NCBI GenBank assembly: GCA_964057225.1
Contig: CAXKVF010000082.1
Location: forward strand, 1-64,000
Direction: 5' to 3'
From: Auanema rhodensis
Lineage: Eukaryota > Animalia > Nematoda
Length of the DNA stretch: 64,000 nt
The notes under the pieces: generated by a model
Databases searched by the model: none
Seen by the model: the letters and a program-made list of their open reading frames with translations, nothing else
Told to the model about the DNA's origin: nothing
Shown here: positions 41,710 through 56,700 of the stretch, one piece after another
Numbering within the stretch: the first letter of the stretch is position 1
Layout of the letters: each line of letters starts with the position of its first letter
Made by a program: the position numbers and the translations under genes

Positions 41710-44700
41710 GTTACATACCAAGTGCACATCACGTGTACATTTAATTAGCGTAAATTAAAGTTCACGTAAATTTCAAAGTCATGGTTACCATGAAGCAATA
41801 TCAATAAAAATTTGTTTTTAGACTAATATGGACATGGGGAATCTAATTTTGAAAACCGCATCTCTTTATCTTTCACGTGAAGCGAGTTACATACCAAGTG
41901 CACATCACGTGTACATTTAATTAGCATAAATTAAAGTTCACGTAAATTTCAAAGTCATGGTTACCATGTAGCAATATCAATAAAAATTTGTTTTTAGACT
42001 AATATGGACATGGGGAATCTAATTTTGAAAACCGCATCTCTTTATCTTTCACGTGAAGCGAGTTACATACCAAGTGCACATCACGTGTACATTTAATTAG
42101 CATAAATTAAAGTTCACGTAAATCTCAAAGTCATGGTTACCATGGACCAATATCAATAAAAATTTGTTTTTAGACTAATATGGACATGGGGAATCTAATT
42201 TTGAAAACCGCATCTCTTTATCTTTCACGTGAAGCGAGTTACATACCAAGTGCACATCACGTGTACATTTAATTAGCATAAATTAAAGTTCACGTAAATT
42301 TCAAAGTCAAGGTTACCATGAAGCAATATCAATAAAAATTTGTTTTTAGACTAATATGGACATGGGGAATCTAATTTTGAAAACCGCATCTCTTTATCTT
42401 TCACGTGAAGCGAGTTACATACCAAGTGCACATCACGTGTACATTTAATTAGCATAAATTAAAGTTCACGTAAATTTCAAAGTCATGGTTACCATGCACC
42501 AATATCAATAAAAATTTGTTTTTAGACTAATATGGACATGGGGGATCTAATTTTGAAAACCGCATCTCTTTATCTTTCACGTGAAGCGAGTTACATACCA
42601 AGTGCACATCACGTGTACATTTAATTAGCATAAATTAAAGTTCACGTAAATTTCAAAGTCAAGGTTACCATGAACCAATATCAATAAAAATTTGTTTTTA
42701 GACTAATATGGACATGGGTAATCTAATTTTGAAAACCGCATCTCTTTATCTTTCACGTGAAGCGAGTTACATACCAAGTGCACATCACGTGTACATTTAA
42801 TTAGCATAAATTAAAGTTCACGTAAATTTCAAAGTCATGGTTACCATGAACCAATATCAATAAAAATTTGTTTTTAGACTAATATGGACATGGGGAATCT
42901 AATTTTGAAAACCGCATCTCTTTATCTTTCACGTGAAGCGAGTTACATACCAAGTGCACATCACGTGTACATTTAATTAGCATAAATTAAAGTTCACGTA
43001 AATTTCAAAGTCATGGTTACCATGAAGCAATATCAATAAAAATTTGTTTTTAGACTAATATGGACATGGGGAATCTAATTTTGAAAACCGCATCTCTTTA
43101 TCTTTCACGTGAAGCGAGTTACATACCAAGTGCACATCACGTGTACATTTAATTAGCATAAATTAAAGTTCACGTAAATTTCAAAGTCATGGTTACCATG
43201 CACCAATATCAATAAAAATTTGTTTTTAGACTAATATGGACATGGGGAATCTAATTTTGAAAACCGCATCTCTTTATCTTTCACGTGAAGCGAGTTACAT
43301 ACCAAGTGCACATCACGTGTACATTTAATTAGCATAAATTAAAGTTCACGTAAATTTCAAAGTCATGGTTACCATGCACCAATATCAATAAAAATTTGTT
43401 TTTAGACTAATATGGACATGTGTAATCTAATTTTGAAAACCGCATCTCTTTATCTTTCACGTGAAGCGAGTTACATACCAAGTGCACATCACGTGTACAT
43501 TTAATTAGCATAAATTAAAGTTCACGTAAATTTCAAAGTCATGGTTACCATGAACCAATATCAATAAAAATTTGTTTTTAGACTAATATGGACATGGGGA
43601 ATCTAATTTTGAAAACCGCATCTCTTTATCTTTCACGTGAAGCGAGTTACATACCAAGTGCACATCACGTGTACATTTAATTAGCATAAATTAAAGTTCA
43701 CGTAAATTTCAAAGTCATGGTTACCATGGACCAATATCAATAAAAATTTGTTTTTAGACTAATATGGACATGGGGAATCTAATTTTGAAAACCGCATTTC
43801 TTCATTTTTCACGTGAAGCGAGTTACATACCAAGTGCACATCACGTGTACATTTAATTAGCATAAATTAAAGTTCACGTAAATTTCAAAGTCATGGTTAC
43901 CATGCACCAATATCAATAAAAATTTGTTTTTAGACTAATATGGACATGGGGAATCTAATTTTGAAAACCGCATCTCTTTATCTTTCACGTGAAGCGAGTT
44001 ACATACCAAGTGCACATCACGTGTACATTTAATTAGCATAAATTAAAGTTCACGTAAATTTCAAAGTCATGGTTACCATGCACCAATATCAATAAAAATT
44101 TGTTTTTAGACTAATATGGACATGGGTAATCTAATTTTGAAAACCGCATCTCTTTATCTTTCACGTGAAGCGAGTTACATACCAAGTGCACATCACGTGT
44201 ACATTTAATTAGCATAAATTAAAGTTCACGTAAATTTCAAAGTCATGGTTACCATGAACCAATATCAATAAAAATTTGTTTTTAGACTAATATGGACATG
44301 GGGAATCTAATTTTGAAAACCGCATCTCTTTATCTTTCACGTGAAGCGAGTTACATACCAAGTGCACATCACGTGTACATTTAATTAGCATAAATTAAAG
44401 TTCACGTAAATTTCAAAGTCATGGTTACCATGGACCAATATCAATAAAAATTTGTTTTTAGACTAATATGGACATGGGGAATCTAATTTTGAAAACCGCA
44501 TTTCTTCATTTTTCACGTGAAGCGAGTTACATACCAAGTGCACATCACGTGTACATTTAATTAGCATAAATTAAAGTTCACGTAAATTTCAAAGTCATGG
44601 TTACCATGAACCAATATCAATAAAAATTTGTTTTTAGACTAATATGGACATGGGGAATCTAATTTTGAAAACCGCATCTCTTTATCTTTCACGTGAAGCG

Positions 44701-47700
44701 AGTTACATACCAAGTGCACATCACGTGTACATTTAATTAGCATAAATTAAAGTTCACGTAAATTTCAAAGTCATGGTTACCATGAACCAATATCAATAAA
44801 AATTTGTTTTTAGACTAATATGGACATGGGGAATCTAATTTTGAAAACCGCATCTCTTTATCTTTCACGTGAAGCGAGTTACATACCAAGTGCACATCAC
44901 GTGTACATTTAATTAGCATAAATTAAAGTTCACGTAAATTTCAAAGTCATGGTTACCATGCACCAATATCAATAAAAATTTGTTTTTAGACTAATATGGA
45001 CATGGGGAATCTAATTTTGAAAACCGCATCTCTTTATCTTTCACGTGAAGCGAGTTACATACCAAGTGCACATCACGTGTACATTTAATTAGCATAAATT
45101 AAAGTTCACGTAAATTTCAAAGTCATGGTTACCATGAACCAATATCAATAAAAATTTGTTTTTAGACTAATATGGACATGGGGAATCTAATTTTGAAAAC
45201 CGCATCTCTTTATCTTTCACGTGAAGCGAGTTACATACCAAGTGCACATCACGTGTACATTTAATTAGCATAAATTAAAGTTCACGTAAAATTCAAAGTC
45301 ATGGTTACCATGCACCAATATCAATAAAAATTTGTTTTTAGACTAATATGGACATGGGGAATCTAATTTTGAAAACCGCATCTCTTTATCTTTCACGTGA
45401 AGCGAGTTACATACCAAGTGCACATCACGTGTACATTTAATTAGCATAAATTAAAGTTCACGTAAATTTCAAAGTCATGGTTACCATGCACCAATATCAA
45501 TACAAATTTGTTTTTAGACTAATATGGACATGGGGAATCTAATTTTGAAAACCGCATCTCTTTATCTTTCACGTGAAGCGAGTTACATACCAAGTGCACA
45601 TCACGTGTACATTTAATTAGCGTAAATTAAAGTTCACGTAAATTTCAAAGTCATGGTTACCATGAACCAATATCAATAAAAATTTGTTTTTAGACTAATA
45701 TGGACATGGGGAATCTAATTTTGAAAACCGCATCTCTTTATCTTTCACGTGAAGCGAGTTACATACCAAGTGCACATCACGTGTACATTTAATTAGCATA
45801 AATTAAAGTTCACGTAAATTTCAAAGTCATGGTTACCATGAACCAATATCAATAAAAATTTGTTTTTAGACTAATATGGACATGGGGAATCTAATTTTGA
45901 AAACCGCATCTCTTTATCTTTCACGTGAAGCGAGTTACATACCAAGTGCACATCACGTGTACATTTAATTAGCATAAATTAAAGTTCACGTAAATTTCAA
46001 AGTCATGGTTACCATGAAGCAATATCAATAAAAATTTGTTTTTAGACTAATATGGACATGGGGAATCTAATTTTGAAAACCGCATCTCTTTATCTTTCAC
46101 GTGAAGCGAGTTACATACCAAGTGCACATCACGTGTACATTTAATTAGCATAAATTAAAGTTCACGTAAATTTCAAAGTCATGGTTACCATGAACCAATA
46201 TCAATAAAAATTTGTTTTTAGACTAATATGGACATGGGGAATCTAATTTTGAAAACCGCATCTCTTTATCTTTCACGTGAAGCGAGTTACATACCAAGTG
46301 CACATCACGTGTACATTTAATTAGCATAAATTAAAGTTCACGTAAATTTCAAAGTCATGGTTACCATGCACCAATATCAATAAAAATTTGTTTTTAGACT
46401 AATATGGACATGGGGGATCTAATTTTGAAAACCGCATCTCTTTATCTTTCACGTGAAGCGAGTTACATACCAAGTGCACATCACGTGTACATTTAATTAG
46501 CATAAATTAAAGTTCACGTAAATTTCAAAGTCAAGGTTACCATGAACCAATATCAATAAAAATTTGTTTTTAGACTAATATGGACATGGGTAATCTAATT
46601 TTGAAAACCGCATCTCTTTATCTTTCACGTGAAGCGAGTTACATACCAAGTGCACATCACGTGTACATTTAATTAGCATAAATTAAAGTTCACGTAAATT
46701 TCAAAGTCATGGTTACCATGAACCAATATCAATAAAAATTTGTTTTTAGACTAATATGGACATGGGGAATCTAATTTTGAAAACCGCATCTCTTTATCTT
46801 TCACGTGAAGCGAGTTACATACCAAGTGCACATCACGTGTACATTTAATTAGCATAAATTAAAGTTCACGTAAATTTCAAAGTCAAGGTTACCATGAAGC
46901 AATATCAATAAAAATTTGTTTTTAGACTAATATGGACATGGGGAATCTAATTTTGAAAACCGCATCTCTTTATCTTTCACGTGAAGCGAGTTACATACCA
47001 AGTGCACATCACGTGTACATTTAATTAGCATAAATTAAAGTTCACGTAAATTTCAAAGTCATGGTTACCATGAACCAATATCAATAAAAATTTGTTTTTA
47101 GACTAATATGGACATGGGGAATCTAATTTTGAAAACCGCATCTCTTTATCTTTCACGTGAAGCGAGTTACATACCAAGTGCACATCACGTGTACATTTAA
47201 TTAGCATAAATTAAAGTTCACGTAAATTTCAAAGTCATGGTTACCATGCACCAATATCAATAAAAATTTGTTTTTAGACTAATATGGACATGGGGAATCT
47301 AATTTTGAAAACCGCATCTCTTTATCTTTCACGTGAAGCGAGTTACATACCAAGTGCACATCACGTGTACATTTAATTAGCATAAATTAAAGTTCACGTA
47401 AATTTCAAAGTCATGGTTACCATGAACCAATATCAATAAAAATTTGTTTTTAGACTAATATGGACATGGGGAATCTAATTTTGAAAACCGCATCTCTTTA
47501 TCTTTCACGTGAAGCGAGTTACATACCAAGTGCACATCACGTGTACATTTAATTAGCATAAATTAAAGTTCACGTAAATTTCAAAGTCAAGGTTACCATG
47601 AAACAATATCAATAAAAATTTGTTTTTAGACTAATATGGACATGGGGAATCTAATTTTGAAAACCGCATCTCTTTATCTTTCACGTGAAGCGAGTTACAT

Positions 47701-50700
47701 ACCAAGTGCACATCACGTGTACATTTAATTAGCATAAATTAAAGTTCACGTAAATTTCAAAGTCATGGTTACCATGAACCAATATCAATAAAAATTTGTT
47801 TTTAGACTAATATGGACATGGGGAATCTAATTTTGAAAACCGCATCTCTTTATCTTTCACGTGAAGCGAGTTACATACCAAGTGCACATCACGTGTACAT
47901 TTAATTAGCATAAATTAAAGTTCACGTAAATTTCAAAGTCATGGTTACCATGCACCAATATCAATAAAAATTTGTTTTTAGACTAATATGGACATGGGGA
48001 ATCTAATTTTGAAAACCGCATCTCTTTATCTTTCACGTGAAGCGAGTTACATACCAAGTGCACATCACGTGTACATTTAATTAGCATAAATTAAAGTTCA
48101 CGTAAATTTCAAAGTCATGGTTACCATGAACCAATATCAATAAAAATTTGTTTTTAGACTAATATGGACATGGGGAATCTAATTTTGAAAACCGCATCTC
48201 TTTATCTTTCACGTGAAGCGAGTTACATACCAAGTGCACATCACGTGTACATTTAATTAGCATAAATTAAAGTTCACGTAAAATTCAAAGTCATGGTTAC
48301 CATGCACCAATATCAATAAAAATTTGTTTTTAGACTAATATGGACATGGGGAATCTAATTTTGAAAACCGCATCTCTTTATCTTTCACGTGAAGCGAGTT
48401 ACATACCAAGTGCACATCACGTGTACATTTAATTAGCATAAATTAAAGTTCACGTAAATTTCAAAGTCATGGTTACCATGCACCAATATCAATAAAAATT
48501 TGTTTTTAGACTAATATGGACATGGGGAATCTAATTTTGAAAACCGCATCTCTTTATCTTTCACGTGAAGCGAGTTACATACCAAGTGCACATCACGTGT
48601 ACATTTAATTAGCGTAAATTAAAGTTCACGTAAATTTCAAAGTCATGGTTACCATGAACCAATATCAATAAAAATTTGTTTTTAGACTAATATGGACATG
48701 GGGAATCTAATTTTGAAAACCGCATCTCTTTATCTTTCACGTGAAGCGAGTTACATACCAAGTGCACATCACGTGTACATTTAATTAGCATAAATTAAAG
48801 TTCACGTAAATTTCAAAGTCATGGTTACCATGAACCAATATCAATAAAAATTTGTTTTTAGACTAATATGGACATGGGGAATCTAATTTTGAAAACCGCA
48901 TCTCTTTATCTTTCACGTGAAGCGAGTTACATACCAAGTGCACATCACGTGTACATTTAATTAGCATAAATTAAAGTTCACGTAAATTTCAAAGTCATGG
49001 TTACCATGAAGCAATATCAATAAAAATTTGTTTTTAGACTAATATGGACATGGGGAATCTAATTTTGAAAACCGCATCTCTTTATCTTTCACGTGAAGCG
49101 AGTTACATACCAAGTGCACATCACGTGTACATTTAATTAGCATAAATTAAAGTTCACGTAAATTTCAAAGTCATGGTTACCATGAACCAATATCAATAAA
49201 AATTTGTTTTTAGACTAATATGGACATGGGGAATCTAATTTTGAAAACCGCATCTCTTTATCTTTCACGTGAAGCGAGTTACATACCAAGTGCACATCAC
49301 GTGTACATTTAATTAGCATAAATTAAAGTTCACGTAAATTTCAAAGTCATGGTTACCATGCACCAATATCAATAAAAATTTGTTTTTAGACTAATATGGA
49401 CATGGGGGATCTAATTTTGAAAACCGCATCTCTTTATCTTTCACGTGAAGCGAGTTACATACCAAGTGCACATCACGTGTACATTTAATTAGCATAAATT
49501 AAAGTTCACGTAAATTTCAAAGTCAAGGTTACCATGAACCAATATCAATAAAAATTTGTTTTTAGACTAATATGGACATGGGTAATCTAATTTTGAAAAC
49601 CGCATCTCTTTATCTTTCACGTGAAGCGAGTTACATACCAAGTGCACATCACGTGTACATTTAATTAGCATAAATTAAAGTTCACGTAAATTTCAAAGTC
49701 ATGGTTACCATGAACCAATATCAATAAAAATTTGTTTTTAGACTAATATGGACATGGGGAATCTAATTTTGAAAACCGCATCTCTTTATCTTTCACGTGA
49801 AGCGAGTTACATACCAAGTGCACATCACGTGTACATTTAATTAGCATAAATTAAAGTTCACGTAAATTTCAAAGTCAAGGTTACCATGAAGCAATATCAA
49901 TAAAAATTTGTTTTTAGACTAATATGGACATGGGGAATCTAATTTTGAAAACCGCATCTCTTTATCTTTCACGTGAAGCGAGTTACATACCAAGTGCACA
50001 TCACGTGTACATTTAATTAGCATAAATTAAAGTTCACGTAAATTTCAAAGTCATGGTTACCATGCACCAATATCAATAAAAATTTGTTTTTAGACTAATA
50101 TGGACATGGGGAATCTAATTTTGAAAACCGCATCTCTTTATCTTTCACGTGAAGCGAGTTACATACCAAGTGCACATCACGTGTACATTTAATTAGCATA
50201 AATTAAAGTTCACGTAAATTTCAAAGTCATGGTTACCATGAACCAATATCAATAAAAATTTGTTTTTAGACTAATATGGACATGGGGAATCTAATTTTGA
50301 AAACCGCATCTCTTTATCTTTCACGTGAAGCGAGTTACATACCAAGTGCACATCACGTGTACATTTAATTAGCATAAATTAAAGTTCACGTAAATTTCAA
50401 AGTCATGGTTACCATGCACCAATATCAATAAAAATTTGTTTTTAGACTAATATGGACATGGGGGATCTAATTTTGAAAACCGCATCTCTTTATCTTTCAC
50501 GTGAAGCGAGTTACATACCAAGTGCACATCACGTGTACATTTAATTAGCATAAATTAAAGTTCACGTAAATTTCAAAGTCAAGGTTACCATGAACCAATA
50601 TCAATAAAAATTTGTTTTTAGACTAATATGGACATGGGTAATCTAATTTTGAAAACCGCATCTCTTTATCTTTCACGTGAAGCGAGTTACATACCAAGTG

Positions 50701-53700
50701 CACATCACGTGTACATTTAATTAGCATAAATTAAAGTTCACGTAAATTTCAAAGTCATGGTTACCATGAACCAATATCAATAAAAATTTGTTTTTAGACT
50801 AATATGGACATGGGGAATCTAATTTTGAAAACCGCATCTCTTTATCTTTCACGTGAAGCGAGTTACATACCAAGTGCACATCACGTGTACATTTAATTAG
50901 CATAAATTAAAGTTCACGTAAATTTCAAAGTCAAGGTTACCATGAAGCAATATCAATAAAAATTTGTTTTTAGACTAATATGGACATGGGGAATCTAATT
51001 TTGAAAACCGCATCTCTTTATCTTTCACGTGAAGCGAGTTACATACCAAGTGCACATCACGTGTACATTTAATTAGCATAAATTAAAGTTCACGTAAATT
51101 TCAAAGTCATGGTTACCATGCACCAATATCAATAAAAATTTGTTTTTAGACTAATATGGACATGGGGAATCTAATTTTGAAAACCGCATCTCTTTATCTT
51201 TCACGTGAAGCGAGTTACATACCAAGTGCACATCACGTGTACATTTAATTAGCATAAATTAAAGTTCACGTAAATTTCAAAGTCATGGTTACCATGAACC
51301 AATATCAATAAAAATTTGTTTTTAGACTAATATGGACATGGGGAATCTAATTTTGAAAACCGCATCTCTTTATCTTTCACGTGAAGCGAGTTACATACCA
51401 AGTGCACATCACGTGTACATTTAATTAGCATAAATTAAAGTTCACGTAAATTTCAAAGTCATGGTTACCATGAAGCAATATCAATAAAAATTTGTTTTTA
51501 GACTAATATGGACATGGGGAATCTAATTTTGAAAACCGCATCTCTTTATCTTTCACGTGAAGCGAGTTACATACCAAGTGCACATCACGTGTACATTTAA
51601 TTAGCATAAATTAAAGTTCACGTAAATTTCAAAGTCATGGTTACCATGAACCAATATCAATAAAAATTTGTTTTTAGACTAATATGGACATGGGGAATCT
51701 AATTTTGAAAACCGCATCTCTTTATCTTTCACGTGAAGCGAGTTACATACCAAGTGCACATCACGTGTACATTTAATTAGCATAAATTAAAGTTCACGTA
51801 AATTTCAAAGTCATGGTTACCATGCACCAATATCAATAAAAATTTGTTTTTAGACTAATATGGACATGGGGGATCTAATTTTGAAAACCGCATCTCTTTA
51901 TCTTTCACGTGAAGCGAGTTACATACCAAGTGCACATCACGTGTACATTTAATTAGCATAAATTAAAGTTCACGTAAATTTCAAAGTCAAGGTTACCATG
52001 AACCAATATCAATAAAAATTTGTTTTTAGACTAATATGGACATGGGTAATCTAATTTTGAAAACCGCATCTCTTTATCTTTCACGTGAAGCGAGTTACAT
52101 ACCAAGTGCACATCACGTGTACATTTAATTAGCATAAATTAAAGTTCACGTAAATTTCAAAGTCATGGTTACCATGAACCAATATCAATAAAAATTTGTT
52201 TTTAGACTAATATGGACATGGGGAATCTAATTTTGAAAACCGCATCTCTTTATCTTTCACGTGAAGCGAGTTACATACCAAGTGCACATCACGTGTACAT
52301 TTAATTAGCATAAATTAAAGTTCACGTAAATTTCAAAGTCATGGTTACCATGAAGCAATATCAATAAAAATTTGTTTTTAGACTAATATGGACATGGGGA
52401 ATCTAATTTTGAAAACCGCATCTCTTTATCTTTCACGTGAAGCGAGTTACATACCAAGTGCACATCACGTGTACATTTAATTAGCATAAATTAAAGTTCA
52501 CGTAAATTTCAAAGTCATGGTTACCATGAACCAATATCAATAAAAATTTGTTTTTAGACTAATATGGACATGGGGAATCTAATTTTGAAAACCGCATCTC
52601 TTTATCTTTCACGTGAAGCGAGTTACATACCAAGTGCACATCACGTGTACATTTAATTAGCATAAATTAAAGTTCACGTAAATTTCAAAGTCAAGGTTAC
52701 CATGAACCAATATCAATAAAAATTTGTTTTTAGACTAATATGGACATGGGTAATCTAATTTTGAAAACCGCATCTCTTTATCTTTCACGTGAAGCGAGTT
52801 ACATACCAAGTGCACATCACGTGTACATTTAATTAGCATAAATTAAAGTTCACGTAAATTTCAAAGTCATGGTTACCATGAACCAATATCAATAAAAATT
52901 TGTTTTTAGACTAATATGGACATGGGGAATCTAATTTTGAAAACCGCATCTCTTTATCTTTCACGTGAAGCGAGTTACATACCAAGTGCACATCACGTGT
53001 ACATTTAATTAGCATAAATTAAAGTTCACGTAAATTTCAAAGTCAAGGTTACCATGAAGCAATATCAATAAAAATTTGTTTTTAGACTAATATGGACATG
53101 GGGAATCCAATTTTGAAAACCGCATCTCTTTATCTTTCACGTGAAGCGAGTTACATACCAAGTGCACATCACGTGTACATTTAATTAGCATAAATTAAAG
53201 TTCACGTAAATTTCAAAGTCATGGTTACCATGCACCAATATCAATAAAAATTTGTTTTTAGACTAATATGGACATGGGGAATCTAATTTTGAAAACCGCA
53301 TCTCTTTATCTTTCACGTGAAGCGAGTTACATACCAAGTGCACATCACGTGTACATTTAATTAGCATAAATTAAAGTTCACGTAAATTTCAAAGTCATGG
53401 TTACCATGCACCAATATCAATAAAAATTTGTTTTTAGACTAATATGGACATGGGTAATCTAATTTTGAAAACCGCATCTCTTTATCTTTCACGTGAAGCG
53501 AGTTACATACCAAGTGCACATCACGTGTACATTTAATTAGCATAAATTAAAGTTCACGTAAATTTCAAAGTCATGGTTACCATGAAGCAATATCAATAAA
53601 AATTTGTTTTTAGACTAATATGGACATGGGGAATCTAATTTTGAAAACCGCATCTCTTTATCTTTCACGTGAAGCGAGTTACATACCAAGTGCACATCAC

Positions 53701-56700
53701 GTGTACATTTAATTAGCATAAATTAAAGTTCACGTAAATTTCAAAGTCATGGTTACCATGCACCAATATCAATAAAAATTTGTTTTTAGACTAATATGGA
53801 CATGGGGAATCTAATTTTGAAAACCGCATCTCTTTATCTTTCACGTGAAGCGAGTTACATACCAAGTGCACATCACGTGTACATTTAATTAGCATAAATT
53901 AAAGTTCACGTAAATTTCAAAGTCATGGTTACCATGCACCAATATCAATAAAAATTTGTTTTTAGACTAATATGGACATGGGTAATCTAATTTTGAAAAC
54001 CGCATCTCTTTATCTTTCACGTGAAGCGAGTTACATACCAAGTGCACATCACGTGTACATTTAATTAGCATAAATTAAAGTTCACGTAAATTTCAAAGTC
54101 ATGGTTACCATGAACCAATATCAATAAAAATTTGTTTTTAGACTAATATGGACATGGGGAATCTAATTTTGAAAACCGCATCTCTTTATCTTTCACGTGA
54201 AGCGAGTTACATACCAAGTGCACATCACGTGTACATTTAATTAGCATAAATTAAAGTTCACGTAAATTTCAAAGTCATGGTTACCATGGACCAATATCAA
54301 TAAAAATTTGTTTTTAGACTAATATGGACATGGGGAATCTAATTTTGAAAACCGCATTTCTTCATTTTTCACGTGAAGCGAGTTACATACCAAGTGCACA
54401 TCACGTGTACATTTAATTAGCATAAATTAAAGTTCACGTAAATTTCAAAGTCATGGTTACCATGCACCAATATCAATAAAAATTTGTTTTTAGACTAATA
54501 TGGACATGGGGAATCTAATTTTGAAAACCGCATCTCTTTATCTTTCACGTGAAGCGAGTTACATACCAAGTGCACATCACGTGTACATTTAATTAGCATA
54601 AATTAAAGTTCACGTAAATTTCAAAGTCATGGTTACCATGCACCAATATCAATAAAAATTTGTTTTTAGACTAATATGGACATGGGTAATCTAATTTTGA
54701 AAACCGCATCTCTTTATCTTTCACGTGAAGCGAGTTACATACCAAGTGCACATCACGTGTACATTTAATTAGCATAAATTAAAGTTCACGTAAATTTCAA
54801 AGTCATGGTTACCATGAACCAATATCAATAAAAATTTGTTTTTAGACTAATATGGACATGGGGAATCTAATTTTGAAAACCGCATCTCTTTATCTTTCAC
54901 GTGAAGCGAGTTACATACCAAGTGCACATCACGTGTACATTTAATTAAAATAAATTAAAGTTCACGTAAATTTCAAAGTCATGGTTACCATGGACCAATA
55001 TCAATAAAAATTTGTTTTTAGACTAATATGGACATGGGGAATCTAATTTTGAAAACCGCATTTCTTCATTTTTCACGTGAAGCGAGTTACATACCAAGTG
55101 CACATCACGTGTACATTTAATTAGCATAAATTAAAGTTCACGTAAATTTCAAAGTCATGGTTACCATGAACCAATATCAATAAAAATTTGTTTTTAGACT
55201 AATATGGACATGGGGAATCTAATTTTGAAAACCGCATCTCTTTATCTTTCACGTGAAGCGAGTTACATACCAAGTGCACATCACGTGTACATTTAATTAG
55301 CATAAATTAAAGTTCACGTAAATTTCAAAGTCATGGTTACCATGAACCAATATCAATAAAAATTTGTTTTTAGACTAATATGGACATGGGGAATCTAATT
55401 TTGAAAACCGCATCTCTTTATCTTTCACGTGAAGCGAGTTACATACCAAGTGCACATCACGTGTACATTTAATTAGCATAAATTGAAGTTCACGTAAAAT
55501 TCAAAGTCATGGTTACCATGCACCAATATCAATAAAAATTTGTTTTTAGACTAATATGGACATGGGGAATCTAATTTTGAAAACCGCATCTCTTTATCTT
55601 TCACGTGAAGCGAGTTACATACCAAGTGCACATCACGTGTACATTTAATTAGCATAAATTAAAGTTCACGTAAATTTCAAAGTCATGGTTACCATGCACC
55701 AATATCAATAAAAATTTGTTTTTAGACTAATATGGACATGGGGAATCTAATTTTGAAAACCGCATCTCTTTATCTTTCACGTGAAGCGAGTTACATACCA
55801 AGTGCACATCACGTGTACATTTAATTAGCGTAAATTAAAGTTCACGTAAATTTCAAAGTCATGGTTACCATGAACCAATATCAATAAAAATTTGTTTTTA
55901 GACTAATATGGACATGGGGAATCTAATTTTGAAAACCGCATCTCTTTATCTTTCACGTGAAGCGAGTTACATACCAAGTGCACATCACGTGTACATTTAA
56001 TTAGCATAAATTAAAGTTCACGTAAATTTCAAAGTCATGGTTACCATGAACCAATATCAATAAAAATTTGTTTTTAGACTAATATGGACATGGGGAATCT
56101 AATTTTGAAAACCGCATCTCTTTATCTTTCACGTGAAGCGAGTTACATACCAAGTGCACATCACGTGTACATTTAATTAGCATAAATTAAAGTTCACGTA
56201 AATTTCAAAGTCATGGTTACCATGAAGCAATATCAATAAAAATTTGTTTTTAGACTAATATGGACATGGGGAATCTAATTTTGAAAACCGCATCTCTTTA
56301 TCTTTCACGTGAAGCGAGTTACATACCAAGTGCACATCACGTGTACATTTAATTAGCATAAATTAAAGTTCACGTAAATTTCAAAGTCATGGTTACCATG
56401 AACCAATATCAATAAAAATTTGTTTTTAGACTAATATGGACATGGGGAATCTAATTTTGAAAACCGCATCTCTTTATCTTTCACGTGAAGCGAGTTACAT
56501 ACCAAGTGCACATCACGTGTACATTTAATTAGCATAAATTAAAGTTCACGTAAATTTCAAAGTCATGGTTACCATGCACCAATATCAATAAAAATTTGTT
56601 TTTAGACTAATATGGACATGGGGGATCTAATTTTGAAAACCGCATCTCTTTATCTTTCACGTGAAGCGAGTTACATACCAAGTGCACATCACGTGTACAT

